Source of the DNA: Basidiobolus meristosporus CBS 931.73
Lineage: Eukaryota > Fungi > Basidiobolomycota
NCBI GenBank assembly: GCA_002104905.1
Contig: MCFE01000682.1
Span: 1-46,323, forward strand
Direction: 5' to 3'
Length of the DNA stretch: 46,323 bases
Both the position numbers and the translations under genes were made by a program. The notes beneath the pieces are model-generated. The model did no database searches and was not told the origin of the DNA. It saw only the letters and a program-made list of their open reading frames with translations. This document shows, piece by piece, positions 35,148 through 43,987 of the stretch (its first letter is position 1; every line of letters begins with the position of its first letter).

Positions 35148-35831
35148 ATGCTGAAGATCACTGCACTTCTTTTATTAGCTTCTGCTACATATTGCGCACA
35201 GCCAGAGGGTATTGATGTTTCTGACCATCAACCAAATATCAATTGGAAGGCTGTGAAGGCAAATGGCGTTGAGTTCGCTTATGTCAAAGCAACGGAGGGT
35301 ACGACCTTTAAGAGTCCGGCGTTCGGTAGTCAATATAGTGGGGCCACTAATGCTGGCCTAGTGCGTGGCGCCTATCATTTTGCCCATCCTGACGTCTCAA
35401 GCGGTGCAGCACAGGCAAACTTCTTTTCGGCTAATGGAGGCGGATGGTCAGCCGATGGAAGAACTCTTCCAGGTGCAGTCGACCTCGAATATAATCCCAA
35501 CAAATCGGGTACACGTTGCTACGGATTGAGCACAGCTGCAATGACTGCCTGGATTCGCGACTTTTCCGATACTTACCATGCCAAGACAGGTCGCTATCCG
35601 GTAATTTACACTACAACCGATTGGTGGAAAACCTGCACCGGTAATGCTAGCGGTTTTCAAAATAATAATCCATTATGGATTGCTCGTTGGGGTCCCTCAG
35701 TTGGCGAACTTCCTGCGGGCTATAGTTTCTCCACATTCTGGCAATATGCGGATTCTGGTCGCAATCCAGGGGACCAGGACAGGTTCAATGGAGATAGCGC
35801 AGGGCTTACAAGACTTGCGAAAGGTTCGTAA
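35148..35831 (+). CDS. Secreted GH25 muramidase (Chalaropsis/cellosyl-type lysozyme), intronless
   Basis: Signal peptide MLKITALLLLASATYCA; GIDVS (first catalytic Asp), VKATEG, RGAYHF, DLE (DxE), IYTT..WW and FWQY. Confidence 0.95.
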   Translation: MLKITALLLLASATYCAQPEGIDVSDHQPNINWKAVKANGVEFAYVKATEGTTFKSPAFGSQYSGATNAGLVRGAYHFAHPDVSSGAAQANFFSANGGGWSADGRTLPGAVDLEYNPNKSGTRCYGLSTAAMTAWIRDFSDTYHAKTGRYPVIYTTTDWWKTCTGNASGFQNNNPLWIARWGPSVGELPAGYSFSTFWQYADSGRNPGDQDRFNGDSAGLTRLAKGS

Positions 35832-38004
35832 ACTTCCATTAGGTGGGTGTTTGTGAGAGATGACAGGGATACAAAAAAGATTAATCACATGCTTATGACC
35901 AATGTTGAAGGTGTTGGCTGAGCCAAAGGCAAATATCAAAGTTAACCAATGGAGTAGATGTGAACCGACAATAAGCTGTAGTAATAGAAAGGTTGACACT
36001 TGTTGCTAGGTTTTGCTTTCGGGTGAAATTCTTGTTTTCAATAATAAAGATACAGGAGCTAAAACAAATGAAGAGAGTGATGACAGCATTTTAACGTGAC
36101 TCAATTAGATGAAGATAGAGCATTGTACGGCAATCGTTCTGTCAGATTTAAAGCACAACTCTGCAAATAACTTGTTGAAAAGTTGGATTTTCTGTAACAA
36201 TAGTATTTCACACCATTTCGCATTCTTCAAAAGCGTATGTGTAGGGTTTGAAAATTGGAACGATACATAAAAGTTTTGTTTCTTATTGCATATTCGATAT
36301 AGAGTTTAAGGTGATGATTATTCTTATCATAAACTTACGATCCTACACAAAGGGATTGTAGAAGGGTTTGAGGTTTTCCATGTTACGGCTTCATATGTCA
36401 AAGTCCGGACCAAATCTCACTTTTCATGATCAGAAACATGCAACAATTGTCAGGATGTTAAATTGAATCAATAGATTTGACGTAACAATCATCGAACGCT
36501 TTGTTGGTTTCCAAACTCTGCATCACACATCAACGGATCAGGAACAGCATTTACAACCTTGGTATCCTGGTTGGATTGCAATGATGGAAGGCATCCTTCA
36601 GCGACACATGTTCTTGTATGGCCCTGCCGCTGGGTGAGCCATAATGACACAGGTGAAGGCAGTTAATACTTCAACCATGATGATATACAAGATTTCGAGA
36701 TTTGAATAGCTTCAAAGTATTGCGCTATGCGATCTAGTGGCTGTGGATATGTCTAATATGTCAATATCAGCCCTCAAGCTTCGATAAATACTGTAGCAGT
36801 GCCCCATCCAATGGCTGTACTCTAGATATGGAAAGATGATCACAATACCATATATCATATGGACACATGGATTCTTAATTCCCAATACAAATCAGATTGT
36901 GGAATCTCCATAAATCCTCAAATCTAGGCCCTTGGTTTGATCCAACACTGCAATGCGCAAAATAGATTCAGAGAACATTGCTACAGATTATGTTTCGTTT
37001 ACTCAGAAATCCAACTTTATGGTAGATTGAATTTGTACCAGTTGATTATATTGAATTTGTATCAGTTCATACCAAATGAATAGTATGCATTCTTGACCAT
37101 ACGTGCAGTAACGTATGAGCGTTGGAGATCATGGCATGTAACAATTTTCTGGCGAGATCCTACCTCTATTGGAGTATTTGAAAGGGTTGCTGGTCTATTA
37201 TGAGATTTGTATATTGACTAGTAATGCTAACAAGTAAAAAGCGTCCTGCGAAATTAGTGAAGGTTAAGCAATTCCTTAAACCCAAATATTTAGGTTCATG
37301 TTCCAGACATTCTACGGGATTACCCGAGGGCATTGCTACTCAAGGTAAAGCACTATTTAGTAGTAGGTCTCTTCAACCTGGAAATCTTTTATATCCGAAA
37401 GCGTTATATGCACAGGGCGATAGTGATATATGGTATATTGGCATCAAACCATCAATTCCCAATTATAAGGAGTCATCTCTATTTGGACGTGCATTTGTCA
37501 TTAATCTCTTACTCCCAAACGTAGGAAAACAACGGTATTTGAAAATAAATTAAATAATGACATCTGGTAAACAATCCCAAGTGATATATGCTTCGATCTA
37601 TTATTAATATGCTAAGGGGTTGGCGACGATAGCAATTTGATCTGTTCAAACTATGGGCATGTCTTGATGTTGAAAGAGAAAGATATCTGTCCCCACAATA
37701 AGCCACTGGTAGTACAGCCGTGATGCCATGCTCATACTGCTACAATAAGGCTTATAACAATACAGGCCTCCGTACCAGGAGAACTGGCATGCCAAAATAG
37801 GCACCGACTTCATTCTAGCCAGTTGTGTTCGTATATCAAAAATTGCCTTGTTGAACTCTCATGTGTGACTTGGGGGCATTCTGCGTAAAAGAAACTCCAT
37901 CAGTCTCACTACTGAGTCAAATGCATTTGTTGATACATATAATCAATCATTCAATGGTGAAACCTCTGCTGATGTATTGAAGCCTTGACTTACTGATTAC
38001 TTCG

Positions 38005-38070
38005 TTACCTTGCTATATATATGTGACTCACCGATGATTACCTTACTATGTATATGTGACTCACCGACGA
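38005..38070. repeat. 33-bp tandem duplication, each unit carrying TGACTCA
   Basis: ttaccttgctatatatatgtgactcaccgatga / ttaccttactatgtatatgtgactcaccgacga. Confidence 0.75.
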
Positions 38071-38873
38071 CTGCTTTGCCTTACTATATCCTCACTGCTC
38101 ACCTAACCCTATATTTGGCGCTTAGCTTATTCGCCCCTTGTGATTACACAATCACCATAGCTATGAGCCCCCAATGCTTTCTCACCTATCCCTATTTGCT
38201 GATTAGCGCATTTACACCTCTGTGGCCAATCATTTCAAGCTCCCAATTGCTATATAAGCTGTATTGTGTAGTAGCATTTCTCTTCGACTGATGATATACT
38301 GGTTTTCCAGCTTTGCTTCAGGTTTCTTGACTTTGATCATAACCATGATGTGATGTTGTGGAGTCTGGTGGGTTTGTTAGCGCCTTAGTCATTTGTTGAC
38401 TTTAAGTTGGATTCATCAATGAGTGAAATATTCTTTCAAGATAAACTCACCAGTTAAGAGAATTTAATTCCATAGAATCTCTTGATTTGTAAAGAGCAAA
38501 TGAGTAAGCCTGGTGGATTACATAATATATTAATAAGGTACTTTGTGGAATATGCTTCTTAGACATTAAATGTTGTGTTTTCTCTGATAGATTATACATC
38601 CTACAGATCATCCCATGATATATGTGTTCCATGCCCATAGAAGATGTAGACATGTTCACAGCATTCCTTGGTGAATACTTGAGTTATTTAGTTCTTAACC
38701 ATCACTCCAAGTTGCTAAAGTTTGGGTAATAAACTGCTCACTACATATGCAATGAACATGTTTCCAATATCTCTAGATGAACAGGTCTGTGCAGCTTTCA
38801 ACTGTTGGATAATGCACATATCCAGTGAAGTGCTAACCAAGGAAAAGTAGTCATTTATGTATCTTCAATAAAG

Positions 38874-39280
38874 GTGATTAACATACACATTCATTGTAGA
38901 GATGTTCTAAATATATTTTTAATTCTTAGTACACCTGTAATACTCTTCAAAGCATTCTGATATTGAGTCAGGTGATCAAGCTGCACATAGATTAATGTGT
39001 AGCTGATTAGTATAATATTACAAGTCATTCTACGTAATGATTACACATTAATGACTAGATTCTAATACCATTGATAGAGATGATTTAACATACACTTTCA
39101 TTGTAGAGGTGATCCAAGTGTGTTTTTTGCCGTCAATACACCCTGTAATATTCTTCAAAAGCACTCTGCTATTAAATCAGGTGATCAAGCTGCACATATA
39201 TTAGTATATGGTTGATCTAGTATAAATATCACCAAGTCATTCTGTTGTAATGATTATGCACTGATAACTAAACTCTAACC
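38874..39280. repeat. ~207-bp diverged tandem duplication upstream of the UBR1-derived gene
   Basis: Shared anchors taacatacac (38879 and 39086), ttcattgtagag, tcaggtgatcaagctgcacata and caagtcattct at constant spacing. Confidence 0.85.
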
Positions 39281-39417
39281 AGTAATGAACTAGATTTTGC
39301 TGAATGCAGCTTCATTTGTGTATGCAATAGAAATATCTATGACGGCACAAATGAATAAAGAGGAGGATAATACTTTGCATTTGCCAACAACCAATATATT
39401 TGAGCATTAAGATACTA

Positions 39418-40628
39418 ATGGATTCTCTAATCACTGCTAAACTGCAGCGAAAAATAACCCTACCACAATACTTGCACCAAGCGCCCAACTACCATAAGTA
39501 CTTCCTTAGCCCATCAGTAGAGACTGAAATATTACTGGCCTTTCTGACTTCATTGTGCAACAACCAAGACGAGTACCAGGAATTACTCTACCCCCAAAAC
39601 GCACCCGAAGATAGGTACTACCGCAGCTATTGTGCACAAGGATTAGGCAAAGATTAATAACCAACTGGTACTAGGAAATCTACACTAGACGCCTTGCCAA
39701 CAGATTTATTAGTGTCCATAAAGGAAACCCTTGCCACGGTTTTTGATTTTGTCCTGGAAACTTACGTTGTCACACGTCCCCAATGGTCCACACAAACCTT
39801 GGAGTCGGGTAGCATCATAGAAGAGTCCATTGCGGCCGGCTCGTATATATCTTGTGAGGAGATCGAGCAAACTGTCTTTGCCTGTGTTCTTTGGAAGACC
39901 CAAGTGGGGGATCCGAATTCGTCCATTTGCCAGCTTCAAAAAGCTGCTGGTTGTACAACGGAGGCGGCAAGAAATATAGCTACTCTCTCCCAGAGTAAGG
40001 TACCTTTTTGTTAGAAGACCTTTACAGATCACCTTTCATTGACCAGTGGTAGGGAAGAGCAGTAGTCGCTCTATCCACAGATGTAGAGCGTCTAATCAGG
40101 ATTGGGTCTAGTTTGGCATCCTGTGGCCTGCGCGTTACCATTCGGTCAGGCAGAGACACCTTTCGAGAAGAGATTGCCAGTTTACTTCTTCGGTGTGTAC
40201 AGGAGCTATGTACCAGTCGATTGCCACCAATCATCAAGATAGTGCGTGACCAGCTGCTCAGCGGTTGGCAAAGAGATTCTATTGATGTATGCAAACAATT
40301 ACTTCAGATCGATATGCTACTGCTATCTAGTGGTTGCATGTCCGTTGAGGCAAATGGTCACTTAAAAGCACTGTATTACTGTGCTTTTCCGGATGGCAAG
40401 AAAACCTTGAGTACATATTATCCCTTTAATGCTATTCCCCAAGTTTTTGTCTAACTTGCCATTGTTACAGCTTCTAGGTTTACTGCGCTATATACTGCAT
40501 TGACTGGCAGGGTAATAAGCGAGACAAAAGCAGAACTACTTTTTGAATCCTCCAAGCACACAGATGAGTATGATTTCGTTGTTCTAACTCTGGGTGCATT
40601 GCGCCCTTACTCGCTTGTTTCAATATAA
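39418..40628 (+). CDS. Truncated UBR1 (N-recognin)-derived protein, ~345 aa, 4 exons; no UBR box, degenerate ClpS-like domain, no RING
   Basis: Exons 39418-39614, 39675-39999, 40053-40410 and 40471-40628 join in frame through GT-AG introns (1038 nt). Segments LPTDLLVSIKETLATVFDF, FACVLW...AAGCT...KGRAVV, LRVTIRSGRDTFREEI...QLLSGWQ and LQIDMLL...RFTALY match fungal Ubr1 as I recall it. Start and last exon are less certain. Confidence 0.72.
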
Positions 40629-41040
40629 GGTAGAATTAAGTGATATTGGCAATATAAAGAGTATAGCAACGTTGTAAAGCTACAATATACTGGGGAACTT
40701 AAGCTGGAAATTTTCAATTCAGTCATTGGTGCAATACCAAAGAGACTGCTTGCCTGCATTAGCAAAGAAAAGCTCAATGAGTCTGCCACTGTATGTTTAA
40801 GGTGTTTCAATTGGGACAATGTATCATGTCACATTTAATTCAAGTTACTTGTACAATATCAACCAACCTGTATGCTTCAAGCTACAGCTTACATGCAATG
40901 CTATTGATTGACTATTTATACACTTAGAAGTTCTGTATACATCCTGAAAGTACATGATAGTGCAAATCACTGGGGCATTGCTAATTAATTTAGAACCTTA
41001 AAGATCAAACTATATCACTTCAGTAAAATTGGGTAAAATA

Positions 41041-41286
41041 TGTTGTAAGAGTCTTAGAGATATTGGAAGTGATTGGGAGAACAAATAGATTATGTGGTTT
41101 TCACTTAATGATTTATTGAATATAAAAGTAGTATTTATACTTTTACATGGTCTTGGCATAACAAACATGTAGAATAGGCTTAGGAAGGTCCCAAGAACAT
41201 GTGTGCAAAGTTTGGGGCTGTTTGTGTTGTAAGAGTCCTGGAGATATTGGAAGTGATTTGGGAGGACAATTAGATTATGAGGTTAC
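41041..41286 (-). mobile_element. Two interrupted Copia LTR ends (41041-41224 and 41225-41286)
   Basis: Each begins TGTTGTAAGAGTC (rc of the LTR 3' terminus) and is cut off by the next insertion. Confidence 0.88.
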
Positions 41287-43108
41287 TGTTGTAAAAATTT
41301 GTAATTCCACCTAAATATTCACCTAACTTAGCCACTTAGATCATTACCTTCTAATCCTAGGGAATACTGACCAAATTCCTTGTTGGGATTTACTTGGAAT
41401 ATTTTCACCAAAAATACCAGGTACCCAGAACATGAAAATTCTCAAAGTTGTCCAAGCAGCCCAAACTTTGCACACATGTTCTTGCAACCCTCCTTAACCT
41501 ATTATACATGTTTGCTATGCCAAGACCATGTAAAAGTATAAACATCACTTTTACATTCAATAAATCATTAAGTGAAAACCACATAATCCACTTGTCCTCC
41601 CAATCACTTCCAGTATCTCCAAGACTCTTACAACAGGTTATGAGCCCCAAGCTGTCACTCTCTGCAAAGTCTACTACTGCTATTACTGGAATTTTTCTCT
41701 CTGCTGAAAAGTTGGATGGATCTAACTACCAAATGTGAAAGGTGAAGATGAAGATGCTGCTACAAGAAAGAGGCCTTTATGATATTGTCATGGGAGAAGA
41801 ATGCCCTCCTTATAATGTAGGAGAGGAAGCCTAAAAGTACCAGAACAAAGAACAAGGTGCCTTTAACTGCATTTGCCTTAATGTTAAAGAAAAATTGCTA
41901 ATTCAATGCTCAAGAGCAAAAAGGGCAAAGAATGCCTGAAAGGCATTAGAAGACATCTACCAGTCATGTTCAGCTGCTAAGAAAATGTACCTGAGACAAA
42001 TATTATTTACTACAAAGATGCAGCCAGTAGAAGAAATGAAAAATCTAATCAACAGAATTACCCTGCTGGTGGATGAAATGGAATCTGTGGGCACAGACTG
42101 GTGCCTCAAAAAGAGAGATAATCAGCAAAAGAAGCCTGAATATGGAAATGCTGCAACAACTGAAGATAGACTACTCATATCTGCACTAAATATGTTTGCA
42201 CACAAGGATTCTCAGATGTGGTATATTGACTCTAGAGCATCTCAACTCTTTACACACCAAAACAAACTTTTTACCCAATACCAAGAAATTCCCATTAAGA
42301 AGGTTTTCATGGGTGACAATAGAACACTTGATGCAGTGGGAGAAGGATCTATCCAAGTAAACCTTAGAAGCAGTGAAGGAAGCCATACACTGACCTCTAA
42401 AGAAGTATTCTGTGTATTAGAAATAGCCAAGAACCTACTGTCTGTAAGCAAGGCCTCTGCAGAAGGACTCAGTTTCAGCTTTGACAATTCTGGATGCAAG
42501 ATCACTGATCAAAATGGTGCCCATATTGCTTTGGGTATCAGAGATCAGAATGTATACAAGTTGACTTATATTCCATCATATCTAGAAGCCAATATAAGTA
42601 CCCTAAGAAAAAAAATTGAGAAAAGGCCAGCAAAATACCATCATAGTATCAGCTGAATTCCAAGTTTCTCAAAATTGACAACTCTCAATATCTCTGTTCT
42701 GAACTGATTTGCAGGCAAGCAAACAAGTTCTCCAGGAGAAGACTAGGCAAACTAGCATCCATACCAAATTTGGTAATTAGCTGCCCATTACTTTCATCAA
42801 AAATTGCGTTTGAAATTTTGAACCCAAAACACCAGCAGAATACCAGCTAAAAGTCAGATGAATTCCAAGTTTGAGGTTTTTCATAGGGGTAACTTAAATG
42901 AAGAAACCTCATTGCTTTGGCACAGGAGATTTGGGCACATCAATTTTGATATTTGCACAAAATGATCAAAGATCAGCTAAATTCTGGAGTAAAAATTGAT
43001 CCCTCAGCTAATTTGGAGCACTGTGAAGCCTGCATATATAGGAAACAAGCCAGACAACTGTTCAAGAGCTCTGGGTCAATCAAAACTAAGAAAAAATTAG
43101 ATCTAATT
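41287..43108 (+). mobile_element. Copia copy: 5' LTR 41287-41635, PBS 41636-41647, decayed gag, protease, GAG-pre-integrase domain; interrupted
   Basis: WYIDSRAS protease motif, LWHRRFGH, CEAC, KKLDL; in-frame stops in gag; cut at 43108 by the next LTR. Confidence 0.92.
42601..42889. mobile_element. 289-bp TA-flanked MITE-like insertion inside Copia pol
   Basis: TA|ccctaagaaaaa ... tttttcatagggg|TA. Removing the insert plus one TA restores the frame EANIS-NLNEETSLLWHRRFGH. Confidence 0.8.
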
Positions 43109-43987
43109 TGTTGTAAAAATTTGTATTTCCACCTAAATATTCACCTAACTTAGTCACTTAGATCATCACCTTCAAATCCTAGAGAATACTGACCAAATTC
43201 CTTGTCGGGATTTACTTAGAATATTTTCACCAAAATACCAGGTACCCAGAACATGAAAATTCTCAAAGTTGTCCAAACAGCCCCAAACTTTGCACACATG
43301 TTCTTGGGACCTTCTTTAACCTATTCTACGTGTTTGTAATGCTAAGACCATGTAAAAGTATAAATACTACTTTTACATTCAATAAATCATTAAGTGAAAA
43401 CCACATAATCCACTTGTCCTCCCAATCACTTCCAATATCTCCAAGACTCTTACAACAGGTTATGAGCCCCGAGCTGTCACTCTCTGCAATGTCTACTACT
43501 GCTATTACTGGAATTTTTCCCTCTGCTGAAAAGTTGGATGGATCTAACTACCAAGTGTGGAAGGTGAAGATGAAGATGCTGCTACAAGAAAGAGGCCTTT
43601 GGGATATTGTCATGGGAGAAGAATGCCCTCCTAAAAACGTGGGAGAGGAAGCCTTAAAGTACCAGAAGAAAGAACAAAGTGCCTTTAACTGCATTTGCCT
43701 TAATGCCAAGGACAAATTGCTAATTCAATGCTCAAGAGCAAAAACGGCAAAGAATGCCTGGAAGGCATTAGAAGACACCTACCAGTCATGTTCAGCTGCC
43801 AAGAAAATGTATCTGAGAAGAAAATTCTTTACTACAAAGATGCTGCCAGGAGAAGAAATGAAAAATCTAATTAACAGATTACCCTGCTGGTAGATGAGAT
43901 GGAATCTGTGGGCGTACCAACTACTGATCAGGATGTGATAGTTACCATCCTGAATAGCCTGACAGACGAGTTTCAGGGCCTTGTATC
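43109..43987 (+). mobile_element. Young Copia copy: 5' LTR 43109-43457, PBS 43458-43469, gag from ATG 43489; interrupted
   Basis: 349-bp LTR with TG...CA ends; gag EKLDGSNYQVWKVKMKMLLQERGLWDIV; cut at 43987. Confidence 0.93.

Noticed and set aside
35900-37950. Possible decayed transposase or RNase H remnants (e.g. LKDAFHH, IYGDS on the minus strand)
   Set aside because: Only isolated 5-7 aa resemblances among many stops; insufficient to name an element.
43330-43488. Long gag ORFs starting at GTG inside the LTR (also 306-506, 2295-2621, 41448-41738)
   Set aside because: These are alternative-start calls in LTR sequence. The real gag start follows the PBS; not separate genes.
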